NCBI GenBank assembly: GCA_030704615.1 | Contig: CM060732.1 | Coordinates: 13,888,001-13,952,000 of the forward strand | Direction of reading: 5' to 3' | Length of the DNA stretch: 64,000 bases | DNA from: Takakia lepidozioides | Taxonomy: Eukaryota; Plantae; Bryophyta | Shown here: in pieces, positions 1-12,550 of the stretch | Layout: every line of letters starts with the position of its first letter | How positions within the stretch are numbered: the first letter of the stretch is position 1 | Made by a program: the position numbers and the translations under genes | The notes under the pieces: generated by a model | Database searches by the model: none | What the model was told of the DNA's origin: nothing | Seen by the model: the letters and a program-made list of their open reading frames with translations, nothing else

Positions 1-451
1 GAGCCTCCGACTTCGGTCCCGGGAGTGCGATCCTTCCTAGGACTCGCCTCCTATTACCGGAAGTATGTGAGAAATTTCGCCAAGATTGCGGGGCCGCTGT
101 CAGACCTTCTGTGTAAATCTAAAGTCTGGGCATGGAACACCTTTTGTGGCCAAGCTTTTGCTGAATTGAAGCAGCGGATGGCGGAAGCTCCAGTCTTGAA
201 AATCCCGGAGTTCGATCGTCCGTTCGAGATACATACAGATGCGTCGGACTTCGCGATTGGGGGTGTACTGATGCAAGATGAACGTCCAGTGGCTTACGAA
301 AGTAAGAAACTGAATGAAGTGGAGCGACGGTGGCCGACGCATGAGAAAGAGATGAAGGCGGTGGTGCACTGTCTTGAGCTTTGGCACCACTATGTTGGTT
401 CCAACCCAGTGAAGGTGTTCACGGACAATGTCACGGTGAAGTATTTTGCCA
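1..451 (+). mobile_element. Ty3/Gypsy chromovirus pol fragment (RT thumb/connection and RNase H), truncated at 451
   Basis: ORF 25-690 has [27 protein letters not shown] and [12 protein letters not shown]. Similarity to the other copies stops after GTATTTTGCCA (451) and unrelated sequence follows. Confidence 0.95.
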
Positions 452-567
452 TTAAAATTCTATTAATCTTGAAAATCATCACTATCGTCGTCCTGTCCTT
501 GACTGTCCTGCTCCGCCTCCACCCCGTCATTGTCTTTCTCATCTCCAGCGGACTGCTCATTGGCCAG

Positions 568-2163
568 TGTCGCGCACCTCACTTCGGTAAGCTCCCCCCT
601 CAAGTCATAGTTACTCGCTTGATGCGCGCGCCTAACTCCCAACTTGGCCGCCGGGCCAACTTGGAGCTCTGGCTGCTCACCGGGGCATAACGGTCCCCAT
701 TTGATCTCCCAAAGAACCCTCCAACGGTTTGGAACCAGCCGAATTCCCTTTGGTAGTTGGCGGTCCGGAACAGCTCCCCACTCTTTGGTCGCTTTCCGGC
801 TCGCTTGCTTACTCACTAGTTTTTGGTCACCAACGGGCTTGCACCGTTCTCGGGGTTACTACTCCCTATATATACTGCTGTAGCTGTCCACGGGGGTTTC
901 ACAAACAACCATGCCATTTTATGGCGAACCACCACGAACACCCTCGACTCCTGGTGATGAGTCGCGGTGAGTCTTGGCCAACCCACCACGGCCCGTATGG
1001 ACCATGATGAGTCCCAAGACTCCCCACTACTCCCACCACGAGGTCTCCGCCCCAGGGTGAGTCCTATGCCACCCCCACTAAGACCCGCTAAGCTACCACC
1101 ACCCCTTGTGGAGCCACCCCCACCGCAACCGGTGTGCGGGGCTCCACCTAGTGAGCGCCTCCGCCTCCTTGAGTGCCTTGGGCACTCAAGGGTGCTTCAG
1201 CCCCCATACCTATCGCTGCCACTGCCCCCACCACAGGGGCAGCCCCTCTTGTGTCCCGACCCCCCTGCCCTCAAGGCAAAGGGCCGCGACACACACCCCT
1301 ACCAACAGGGAGTCGATGTCCTCATCGGCTTGTCCATTTTGTGGAAACGAACATCCAAGTTGTGGCGTCCCACATCAAGGAGTTTGTTTCCGTACCATGG
1401 CATCCCATGACAAAGAACCAAACCCCACACTTGACTCTACTCTCCACTAGCTAGTTCGGCCGACTTCCTCCAAGTCCCGGCCAAGGGTGGAGCCTCTCAA
1501 GCTCCTCCCTGTGCACTCTTCTTGGCTACTTCAAGGCCAAGGAACGATCCTCCCCGAGGATCGAATCGCCCTTACTACAACAACATTGTTTGCGACGCTC
1601 ATGATGCCGCTTTTGGCATCACCTTGAGCAAGGGTTCACCTCGAACCCTCTTTGACTAGGAAGATAAACTTGAACCAACCGCGCGCCCCAATCACTACAA
1701 TTAGGTCCGCCTTGGAATGCTGGCCTGAGGTACGGGAACACGCCGAAGCGCACTACGACTTCGTCCCGAGGCTACACGATTATAGTACGTGAACGGAAGC
1801 ACGTAGCTTCCGCGTTAGCCCGCACTACAAAGCAACCCCCTCGGTAGCGCAGTTATAGTATGCGCACGCGCCAGGTGCGCACTAGCACGTGAACTCCTAA
1901 AGAAGGCGCAAGTTTCCTTGCCTCTTGGATGGGAGTCACCCGATTTCGGCACTGCGCAAACACACGATTAAACCAATTTACCTCTCCCACTTTTGTAAGC
2001 TAGCATGCATTCTATACACTAGCCAACCACATCATGCATCAACATTCCAAACAAAATAGGACGCACAACATTTGGAACCCATTTCCTTTATTACAATTTT
2101 TTTTGTACAATACAAGTTTTTGCAATCAGATTCCTAAGCTAGCTAAACTGGGCTAAGCATGCA
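568..2163 (-). mobile_element. Complete 3' LTR (~1.6 kb) of chromovirus copy A
   Basis: On the minus strand it begins TGCATGCTTAG directly after the purine tract GGGGGAGGAAA and ends GGTGCGCGACA, the same end that precedes the PBS at 8751. Homologous to LTR sequence at 6425-7904, 46871-47369 and 48884-49975. Confidence 0.92.
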
Positions 2164-5100
2164 TTTCCTCCCCCACGCTCCAAGGTTGATGTCCCCATCA
2201 ACGCTTCTTTCGCTTTTGAGGTCGCCCTTCAAAAATTGCAACCGCTTCGGATGCGTTTCCCATTTCAGAGGCACGCACCCAAGATGCCTCCACATGATGA
2301 TAGCCCTTCCATTTGACGAGATACTCCGTTTCTCGGTTCTTGAACCTCCTCGACTTAAGTACTGCCTCCACCTCGTACTCAGGTTCATTTTCATGATCCA
2401 ACAACACAGGTGGCGGACGCAACACTTGATGTCGATTCGGACGCGCTTCATCTTTGAAGTAAGTCTTCAAAAGGGAGACGTGGAATACTGGATGCACCTT
2501 GCTATTTGCCGGCAGCTTCAATTCATACACATCCTCATTCATAACCTTCCGGATGCGAAAGGGTCCCGCATACGGAGGTACGAACTTTGGACTCACTTCC
2601 GGAGGTAGTCGGAAATTCTTGATGTTCAACCAGACCTCCGTGCCTGCCTCAAACTTCACTTCCCTCCGCTTCCGATTTGCCTGCCTTTCATACCGTTTCC
2701 TAGCTTTGGCAGCGTTGTACTTTGCGAGCTTCAACAAACGCTTGCGTTCTTCCAGTACCGCCGCTACTGCCGGTTCCTCAACGTCCTGGGCAACCCAACT
2801 TGTCGGCACCAGAGGTGCTTTTCCATAGACCAATACAAAAGGGGAAACTCCCGTTACGGAGTGTTCTGTGTTATTATAACAGAACTCTGCCACGTCTAAG
2901 TGTTCCACCCAGTCTGTTTGGTCTGCCGACACGTAATTCCGCAAGATCTGCTTCACTACGGAATTCACTCTTTCCGTTTGGCCGTCGGTTGTAGGTCAGA
3001 AGGTGGTGCTCATCTTCAGCCTCGTCCCCATCTTCTTCCAAAGTGCCCTCCAAAATTTACTCGTAAACTTTGGATCGCGGTCCGAGACAATATCCTTCGG
3101 GACTCCATGATGCTTTAAGACGTGGGCGAAGTAAAGTCGCCATGTTTCCTGCGCCGTTGCCGTCCCCTTGGTAGGGATGTAATGGCCCATTTTACTGAAC
3201 CTATCCACCACCACCATGATTGCATCGAATCCTTTTGACAGCGGCATAGCAGTCATGAAATCCATCGAGATGCTTTCCCAAGTCCCCTCTGGAATCGGCA
3301 AGGGTTGTAACAGCCCCGCTTGCTTTTTGTACTCGTTCCGGTTTTGTTGGCATGTGGTGCATGTCTTGACATACTCCTCTGCCTCTTCCCTCAATTTGGG
3401 CCAGAAATACTCTTTCTTCAAGAGTGCCGCAGTGCGCTTGGCTCCGCCGTGGTCCGCAAGCGGGCTATTATGACATTCTCTCAAGAGGCTATCTCTGATC
3501 CCTCCCTTCGGCACGTAGAGCTGCTTTTGCTTATACCGGAGCAGTCCATTTTGCAAGTGGAACTGCGATTTAACCCCCATCCTCAAGTCCTCTATCACGG
3601 ACTTTGCCAGCTCGTCCTTCCGGCAAGCCTTTCGGATCTTCCTTTGGAGCGCCGTCTCGCCCCTGTACACCAACAGAAGCTACTGCTTTCTACTTAAAGC
3701 ATCGGCCACCACGTTATCCCGTCCCGGTTTGTACTGGATATCCACATCGAACACCGCCAAAGTATCTTGCCACCTAAGTTGTTTTGGGGACAACTTGGGC
3801 TGCGTGGCAAAATACTTCAGCATGAAATTGTCCGTGAACACCTTCACTGGGTTGGAACCAACATAGTGGCGCCAAAGCTCCAGACAGTGCACCACCGCCT
3901 TCATCTCTTTCTCGTGCGTCGGCCACCGTCGCTCCACTTCATTCAGTTTCTTACTTTCGTAAGCCACTGGACGTCCATCTTGCATCAGTACAACCCCAAT
4001 CGCGAAGTCCGACGCATCTGTATGAATCTCGAACGGACGATCGAACTCCGGGATTTTCAAGACTGGAGCTTCCGCCATCCGCTGCTTCAATTCAGCAAAA
4101 GCTTGGCCACAAAAGGTGTTCCATGCCCAGACTTTGGATTTACACAGAAGGTCTGACAGCGGCTCCGTGATCTTGGCGAAATTTCTCACATACTTCCGGT
4201 AATAGGAGGCGAGTCCTAGGAAGGATCGCACTCCCGGGACCGAAGTCGGAGGCTCCCAGTCCAAAGATTGCTTTCACCTTCCTGTCATCCATTCTGATCT
4301 CATCCTGTGTAATCACATGCCCCAGGAACTCCACTTTTGTGACCCCGAATTTGCACTTTGAAGCTTTGGCATACAGCTTCCCTTCCCGCAATTTCTGGAA
4401 CACCCTTTTGAGGTGCTCCAGGTGCTCCTCCTTTGTTTTCGAATACACCAAGATGTCATCGATGTACACGATCACAAAGTAATCCAACCACTCCTGGAAA
4501 AGGCTGTTCATCGGCGTGCTAAAGGTCGCGGGAGCGTTGGTGAGTCCAAAAGGCATCACCAAGAACTCATATGAACCATACCTTGTCCTGCACGCGGTCT
4601 TCTCCTCATCTCCTTCTGCCACTCGAATTTGATGATAGCCGGAGCGTAGATCGATCCGGCTGAAATACTTCGCTCCTGCCAACCGATCAAAAAGGTCATC
4701 GATCCTTGGCAAAGGGTACCGGTTTTTTATAGTCACCTTATTCAAAGCCCTGTAATCGACACACATCCGCAGCGTCCCATCTTTTTTGTCTGCGAATAGC
4801 ACCGGGGCTCTGTAAGGTGACTTACTCGGCCGGATGTATCCCTTTGACATTAGATCTTTGAGCTGAGTCTTCAGCTCGACCAACTCTCTGTGGCTCAACC
4901 GGTAGGGCGCCTTGGCAGGCGGTTCCAATCCCGGTATCACCTCAATCTTGTGGTCAACTCCTCTTCGCGGTGGCAAGCCGCTTGGTAAATCCTCCGACAT
5001 CACATCCTGGTATTTCTCCAAAATCCCCTTGATCCAATCTAGGTCGGCTCCCCATCGCCTTCTCCCTTCACTTCTCTAATGTAGAGCAAAAACTGGGCTC

Positions 5101-5531
5101 GTGCGCCTCCTCCACGGCCCACTCCCTTGCTGACAGAAGGTTATTCGCCCTCCCAGGGTTTGGGCGTTTCCGACACTCGTAAGACCTCGCCACCATTCCC
5201 ACATGGCAGCGTGACTACTCTCTTGCGGCCATCTATGACCGCTCCGGATTTGCTCAAAAATGTCATCCCCAAAATGAGATCCACTCCATCGATCTCGCAG
5301 ATGGTGAAGTTCTCACGTCCCTCCCAACTCCCCAGTTAAAGAGGAACATCAAACGCCAACCTTGTCACCAATTGCGGTCCTTTGGCAGAACGCACCTCAA
5401 TAGAGGCCCCCACGTCACTTGTCGGAGTCCCAGCTTTGTGCCGTTGCCGGTGTCATGAAGGAGTGCGACGCTCCTGTGTCCACCAACAACGACACGTTAG
5501 TTCCGGATATTATCCCGTCCACGAACAATAA
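2164..5531 (-). mobile_element. Chromovirus copy A internal region: partial protease, RT, RNase H, integrase, chromodomain and PPT, with frameshifts
   Basis: RT YIDD (ORF 4140-5021), RNase H DAS (3680-4264), integrase HHCC and SMDF...SDRD (2996-3673), AGPF motif and chromodomain YEVEAVL...YLVKWKGY...SW (2198-2968). [12 protein letters not shown]...LSPKQLRWQ resembles the Galadriel clade (from memory). Broken just upstream of the protease DTG at 5531. Confidence 0.95.
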
Positions 5532-7904
5532 AATTTTGGAGGGCACTTTGGAAGAAGATGGGGACGAGGCTGAAGATGAGCACCGCCTTTCGACCTACGA
5601 CCGACGGCCAAACAGAAAGGGTGAATTCCGTAGTGAAGCAGATCTTGCGGAATTACGTGTCGGCAGACCAAACAGACTGGGTGGAATACTTAGACGCGGC
5701 AGAGTTCTGTTATAATAACACAGAAACATCCGCAACGGGAGTTTCCCCTTTCGTATTGGTCTATGGAAAAGCACCTCTGGTGCCGACAAGTTGGGCCGCC
5801 CAGGACGTTGAAGAACCGGCAGTAGCGGCGGTACTGGAAGAACGCGAGCGTTTGTTGAAGCTCGCAAAGTACAATATTGCCAAAGCTAGGAAACGGTATG
5901 AAAGGCAGGCGAATCGAAGCGGAGGGAAGTGAAGTGAAGTTTGAGGCAGGCACGGAGGTCTGGTTGAACATCAAGAATTTCCGACTACCTCCGGAAGTGA
6001 GTCCGAAGTTCGTACCTCCGTATGCGGGACCCTTTCGCATTCGGAAGGTTATGAATGAGGATGTGTATGAATTGGAGCTGCCGGCAAACAGCAAGGTGCA
6101 CCCAGTATTCCATGTCTCCCTTTGAAGCCTTACTTCAAAGATGAAGCGCGTCCGAATCGGCATCAAGTGTTGCTTCCGCCACCTATGCTGTTGGATCATG
6201 AAAATGAACTGAGTACGAGTGGAGGCAATACTTAAGTCGAGAGAGTTCAGGAACCGAGAAACGGAGTATCTCGTCAAATGGAAGGGCTATCATCATGTGG
6301 AGGCCTTGGGTGCGTGCCTCAGAAATGGGAAATGCATCCGAGGCGGTTGCAGCTTTCGAAGGGCGACCTCAAAAGCGGAAGAAGCGTTGATGGGGACATC
6401 AACCTTGGAGCGTGGGGGAGGAAATGCATGCTTAGCCCGGCTTAGCTAGCTTAGGAATCCGATTACAAAAACTTGTATTGTACAAAAATTTGTTATAAAG
6501 GAATTGGGTTCCAAATGTTGTGCGTCCTATTTTGTTTGGAATGGTGATGCATGGTATGGTTGGCTTCTTTGGGAGTTCACGTGCTAGTGCGCACCTGGCG
6601 CGTGCGCGTACTATAACTGCGCTACCGAGGGGGTTGCCTTGTAGTGCGGGCTAACGCGGAAGCTACGTGCTTCCGTTCACGTACTATAATCGTGTAGCCT
6701 CGGGACGAAGTCGTAGTGCGGCTTCGGCGTGTTCCCGTACCTCAGGCCAGCATTCCAAGGCGGACCCAATTGTAGTGATTGGGGCGCACGGTTGGTTCAG
6801 GTTTATCTTCCTAGTCAAAGAGGGTTCCAGGGAACCCTTGCTCAAGGTGATGCCAAAAGCGGCATCATGAGCGATCGCAAGCAATGTTGTTGCAGTAAGG
6901 CGATTCGATCCTCGGGGAGGATTGTTCCTTGGCCTTGAAGTAGGCCAAGAAGAGTGCACTGGGAGGAGCTGGAGAGGCTCCACCCTTGGCCGGGACTTGG
7001 AGGAAGTCGGCCGAACTAGCTAGTGGAGAGTAGAGTCAAGTGTGGGGTTTGGTTCTTTGCCATGGGACGCCATGGTACGGAAACAAACTCCTTTGATGTG
7101 GGACGCCACAACTTGAATGTTCGTTTCTACAAAATGGACAAGTCGATGAGGACATCGACTCCATGTTGGTAGGGGTGTGTGTCGCGGCCCTTTGCCTTGA
7201 GGGTAGGGGGTCGGGACACATGAGGGGCTGCCCCTGTGGTGGGGGCATCGGCAGCGATAGGTATGGGGGGCTGAAGCACCCTTGAGTGCCCAAGGCACTG
7301 AAGGAGGCGGAGGCGCTCACTAGGTGGAGTCCCGCACACCGGGTTGCGGTGGGGGTGGCTCCACAAGGGGTGGTGGTAGCTTAGCGGGACTTAGTGGGGG
7401 TGGCATAGGACTCACCAAGGGGGCGGAGAAATCGTGGTGGGAGTCGTGGGGAGTCTTGGGACTCAGCACGGTCCATAGGGGCCGTGGTGAGTGGGCCAAG
7501 ACTCACCGCGACTCATCACCGGGAGTCGAGGGTTTTCGTGGTGGTTCGCCATAAAATGGCATGGCTGGTTATGAAACCCCCGCGGACAGCTACAGAAGTA
7601 TATATAGGGAGTAGTAACCCGAGAACGGTGCAAGCCCGTTGGTGACCAAAAACTAGTGAGTAAGCGAGCGAGCCGGAAAGCGACCAAAGAGTGGGGAGCC
7701 CGTTCCGGACTGCCATCTACCAAAGGGAATTCTCCTAGTCCCAAATAGGTGGAGGGTTTAGAGGGAAGCGAAGGGGGACCGTTATGTCCCGGTGAGCAGC
7801 CGAAGCTCCAAGTTGGCCCGGGCGGCCAGGTTGGGAGTCAGCGCGCGCATCAAAGCGAGTAATTATGACTTGAAGGGGAGCTTACCGAAGTGAGGTGCGC
7901 GACA
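5531..7904 (+). mobile_element. Chromovirus copy B: 3' half of integrase, chromodomain, PPT (6407-6424) and 3' LTR (6425-7904, ~115-bp internal deletion near 6565)
   Basis: ORFs 5558-5932, 5877-6125 and 6219-6449 match the integrase and chromodomain of copy A in the opposite orientation. The LTR ends GCGCGACA at 7904. Confidence 0.93.
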
Positions 7905-8569
7905 ATAATTGTGTAACCTCGGGACAAAGTCTTAGTGCAACTTCGGCGTGTTCCCGTACCTTAGGCCAACATCTCAAAGCGGGCCAAATTGTAGTGAGTG
8001 GGGCGCACGGTGAGTTCAAGGTTATCTTCATAGTCAAAGGGGTTCAAGGCGAACCCTTGCTCAAGGTGATGCCAAAAAGCGGCACCATGAGCGGTCGCAA
8101 ACAATAGTTGTTGTAGTAAGAGGATTCGATTCTCGGGGATGATCATACCTTGGCCATGAAGTGGGCCAAGAAAAGTGCACTGAGAAGCTCCACCCTTGGC
8201 CGTGACTTTGGGGAATCGGCTGAACTAGCTAGTGGGGAGTAAGAGTCAAGTGAGAGTTTGGTTCTTTGCCACGGGACGCCATGACACCCCACGACTCCCA
8301 CCACAAGGCTTTAGCCCCACCGTGATCATATGTCCCCAGTGAGCATCTCCGCCCCCTTGAGTGCCTTTGGTCCTCAAGGTGCTTTAGCCCCCAGTCCTAT
8401 TGCTTCTACTGCCCCCACCACAGGGGCAGCCCCTCTTGTGTCCCGACCCCCTGCCCTCAAGGCAAAGGGCCGCGACACACACCCCTACCAACAAGGAGCT
8501 GATGCCCTCATGGACTAGTTCCTTTCTTGTGGAAACTAACATCCAAGTTGTGGCGTCCCGCATCAAAGG
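7905..8569. mobile_element. Two adjacent fragments of an older, diverged LTR of the same family: 7905-8284 (+) and 8284-8569 (-)
   Basis: 7905-8284 aligns with many mismatches to 6686-7075. 8284-8569 aligns to 1020-1380, which is the LTR in minus orientation. Confidence 0.85.
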
Positions 8570-9612
8570 GAATTCTCCTAGTCCCAAATAGGTGGAGGGT
8601 TTAGAGGGAAGCGAAGGGGGACCGTTATGTCCCAGTGAGCAGCCGAAGCTCCAAGTTGGCCCGGGCGGCCAGGTTGGGAGTCAGGCGCGCGCATCAAAGC
8701 GAGTAATTATGACTTGAAGGGGAGCTTACCGAAGTGAGGTGCGCGACACTTGGTATCAGAGCTTAGAGTTCAGTACGCGATCGTCCTTGGGATTGGCCTC
8801 ATCATGGGGTCGGGCAAGCCAAAGCGAAAGCGGAACGGCCCAAAAGATGATGATCCTGGTGAACTCGATGGGGGCGACGTGTCACCGAAGCGGCCGTTTG
8901 AGGAAGCGACGCAGGTTTCTGAAAGCGAGGCCGCTCAAGAGCGGGAGGAATCCGAGGAGTCGGAGCCCGAGGAATCCGTGAGAGCTCCGACCGACCGACA
9001 GATGCCTCCCATGCCGGCAGCCTTTTGGGAAGGGTTGTTGGCGCAGTTTGGCGGGACGTTGAAAGACGTGTTGAAGGCGGCTAATGCCACTTCCACTAAG
9101 GCAAAGTTTAAAGTGAAGCCTAAGGAACCCGGCACCTTCGAGGGCGTCCGAAATCGGAAGGCACTCAACAACTGGCTCCTGGAGCTAAAGCAGTACTTCC
9201 GGGCGGCAAAGTTGAGTGACGAGGATCGGGTGGAAGTGGCTCCCACCTATTTGAGGGGCTATGCTCAACAATGGTGGCAGAAACGCCTTCACGACCGAGG
9301 CCCAAGCCCGGAAACCTTGAACTGGAGTGGGTTCAAGGAATTGATGAAGAGACAGTTTGTGCCCTTCAACGCGTCCTGGCTTGCCCGGGACAAGATGAGG
9401 AATTTGAAGCAAACAGATGACATTCGGGGGTATGTCCAGGCTTTCAATGTGCTGTTGCTCGAAGTCGCGGATATGGCAGAACCAGAAATGGTCTTCAACT
9501 TTGTGGCGGGACTGGCCCCATGGGCCAGGCGGAAGTTGGAGGAGAAGCCACCCAAGACTTTGAACGAGGCAATTGAGAGGGCTGAATGTTTCTCGGATGT
9601 CCGTAGGGGTGA
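8564..9612 (+). mobile_element. 3' end of a 5' LTR (8564-8748), PBS and N-terminal gag (ATG 8804), truncated at 9612
   Basis: GCGCGACA-CT-TGGTATCAGAGC. ORF 8750-9724 has retrotransposon-gag motifs (KPKEPGTFEG, YLRGYAQQWW, LKQTDDIRGYVQAF). Confidence 0.93.
8751..8762 (+). promoter_or_regulatory. Primer-binding site complementary to initiator tRNA-Met
   Basis: TGGTATCAGAGC, 2 nt after the LTR end; this is the canonical plant tRNA-iMet PBS. Confidence 0.92.
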
Positions 9613-10254
9613 GTCGTGGGGAGTCTTGGGACTCAGCACGGTCCATAGGGGCCGTGGTGAGTGGGCCAAGACTCACCGCGACTCATCACCGGGAGTCGAG
9701 GGTTTTCGTGGTGGTTCGCCATAAAATGGCATGGCTGGTTATGAAACCCCCGCGGACAGCTACAGAAGTATATATAAGGAGTAGTAACCCCGAGAACGGT
9801 GCAAACCCGTTGGTGACCAAAAACTAGTGAGTAAGCGAGCGAGCCGGAAAGCGACCAAAGAGTGGGGAGCTGTTCCGGACTGCTAGGAGTTGGTCGCCAA
9901 AAAAGACATGGGCTATTTGTGAGACCCCCGTCGACCCCTACAGAAGTATATATAGGAAGTAGTAACCCTGAGAACGGTGTTGCAAGTCCGTTAAGCGAGC
10001 AAAAGCTAGTGAGCAAGCAAATGAGCTGGAAAACGACGAAAGTGTAGGGAGCTATTCCGGACTGCCTACAACTAAAGGGAATTCCCACTGAGCCCGCGTT
10101 GTCGAGGGTCCCGTGGGGGAGCAAGGGGGACCGATGTCCCGGTGAGGAGTCGAAGCTCCAAGTTGGCCCGACGGTTAGTTTGGGAGTCAGGCGCGCGCAT
10201 CAAAGCGAGTAACTATGACTTGAAGGGGAGTTTACCGAAGTGAGGTGCGCGACA
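9611..10254 (+). mobile_element. LTR fragments: copy-B-type LTR piece (9611-9883) fused to the 3' end of a diverged LTR (9884-10254)
   Basis: 9611-9883 is nearly identical to 7441-7713. 9884-10254 is diverged and ends GCGCGACA. Confidence 0.88.
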
Positions 10255-12550
10255 CCCAGCTCCTTAGCCCATTTGGCGTGGAGGGATGTGACCCCACTCC
10301 TCTAACATTCCAGCTGTGCAGCAAGTGATTCATGTCCATGATAAGACTGCAGGCCCATAGTTCCACTGCGATTTGATTGCCTTGAGAAAGAGAAGCAGTA
10401 TTTTGTTCTCTTGTCCTAGGGGGTTACTAGGTAAGAGAGCCATGAGAATCTTGCAGAGAGAGGGATAACACAAGACAATTTCAAGTGAAGATTTTAATGG
10501 TTCTTGATTATCTCACTGGGGCTAGTTTCTTGAACTGTCTCCCTTTTGCCATGATCCAGGGCAGGCCCAGGGTAAACTCCTAGCAGGTCTTTTGAGAATA
10601 TAGCTTCCAAGTCAGCTGAGATATTGGAGAGATCGCTACTTCCCCTCCAGTTCGGGAGAAGTCACTTAGCGGGAGAAGTCACTTAGAGGAAAAAGAGCTG
10701 TCAAACACCAAGCCCAATCGCGCCTCTTGTTAAGCACATTTGGCGATAAAATGAAGATGGGGGAGTAAGCATGGGGTAGCATGTTTACCGTAGGTGGGGA
10801 GTCTACTGTCTTCTCCGAGAGCATGAACGTGAGCGACTGCCCTCAGTCAGGGTTTAACAACATTTGAGTGGGGGAGATGTTTGGCACTTTTGCATCGGCC
10901 ACCACTGCTCGACGAGCTTCTTTGGAGGTTTGGGCCTCAAGCTTCCGCAGTATCACAATCTTTTGAACCATCCTCTCGCTTTCTTCAAAAATCAGAAAGC
11001 TTTTTCATGGATCGTTTACCCTGCACGAGAGAGATTATACTTATCAGCCCGAATCTAGTTGTGGATTCCTTTAGTAACTGAGATATCTGAGCCAGAGATG
11101 ATCGGCAGTACATGAACAACCATCAGATGAGGGTTAGATGCATTACTTTCAACTAGAATACCGATGTGCTTCAGATTGTCCATGGAAATAATAGCATTGG
11201 AGTTGTAGGAAAGAAGAATGTCCCGAGAAAGTTTCAGAGTGAGCTCTCGCTCATGTCCCATTGTGAATGCATTGGTGTGCTCCTCATAGATCCAAGCCGA
11301 TCTGAATCCTTAACTACCATTTATGAAAAAAACCCCAATATACTCTTCGATGAAGGTGTAACATTGGGATGATGCAAATCGCTGCCTACTCCCTCAAGTA
11401 ACCAGAACCTAGTGCCTAACCATTCAGGGGTAAATTGGTAAAGGACTGCCATTTAAGAAAGGAGACTGTCATGCTGGATCCGAGCTATTGCAGTTCGGAT
11501 TTTGAAAACGGGAAGGAAACCCATGCTTGTGTGTTGTTGATTGGAAGGGAAGCATCTGGACGGATCTAAGGGGGTGAGGTCCCATCATCCGCCAATCTTT
11601 TTTTTCTTTTAGACTTCAGGCCATGCACTTCCATATGCTCGTTGATTGCATTAGTTGGGTTGGAAGAAGCGGAGTTGTCTGCCTGCTGCTCAATCACTTT
11701 CTTCCTTAATTTAATTGGGCAATCCAACTTCATATGTTCCACTCCATTATAGGCAAAACAGATAATACGGAGGACCTCTTCTCTGATTGCAACATCAATG
11801 AAAGATTTGTCCAATGTGGGTAGTTTGATGGAGAGCCTAGATGATGGCTGCTTCTGGCATGAGGACTATGATGTTGGGAACACCATTGTCCTTGTTGTAG
11901 TCCAAGTGTATGTCCTCATTGTCGATGCTAAGTATACTGTCCTCAACTAGGTCATACACCTTTATGGACCCAATATATAATGTGCCAAATTACGCTGGAG
12001 AGATGAGAGGTAAGTGCTAGGCAGAAAAAGAATTGGAATAACGTGAGGCTTCCAAGTTACACCTTCTTTGTATCCCCAATCCTGAGTCCAGGGGAACATA
12101 TGAGCTTTGCATGGAGAATTGCGAGTATTGAGTGCTCCTTTAGCTTTTGAGCAGAACATGATTGCGTACATAGAAACCTCTGCGTAGACAAAAATGTGTG
12201 AGCCCTCCCTCCGAATCAAGGTATTCTACAACCCATCTGCATACCCAAGTCCTGGGTCTGATCTTTCCACTAGGGAAGTATACCAACACTTCTTGTTGGG
12301 CAAACTTTTGAGATTGTGCAACCATTTTGTCAATACTGAGTGTAAGAATTGGCTGCGAGTTAGAGTTTGTCACCGCTGTGTCTTCCCACAGTATGAGCTT
12401 GGAGGAGATCGGGGATGGAAGAGTGAGCTTGTTTCTCGGGCCCTTACCTAGAATCGAGCCCCAAGTGAGTTCCGAAGTGACCGATGTATGAGCCCAGCCC
12501 TGTCTATGGCCTCTACCGCTCATGGAGGAGGATCCTCCCTGCTTCTTCTT
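10255..12550 (-). mobile_element. Degenerate L1-like LINE: ORF1 with zinc knuckle and start of ORF2 endonuclease, with an oppositely oriented ORF2-like piece at ~10860-11300
   Basis: Minus strand from 10339 reads MDMNHLLHSWNVRGVG (SWNVRG is the AP-endonuclease start motif) and is cut by the LTR at 10254. Degenerate CCHC CFAYNGVEHMKLDCP in ORF 11566-11814. Plus-strand GGLGLK motif near 10925. Confidence 0.65.

Noticed and set aside
440-690. Hydrophobic tail on RNase H as an env-like or membrane domain (also 44625-44863)
   Set aside because: Chance read-through across rearrangement junctions; the two tails are unrelated.
640-1460. Pro-rich ORFs within the LTR as accessory genes
   Set aside because: Reading frames are not preserved among the LTR copies, and the ORFs reflect C-rich low-complexity sequence.
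568-7904. One element with long terminal inverted repeats (DIRS- or foldback-like)
   Set aside because: These are 3' LTRs of two different copies, each with its own PPT, joined mid-gene. The flanks do not form a TSD.
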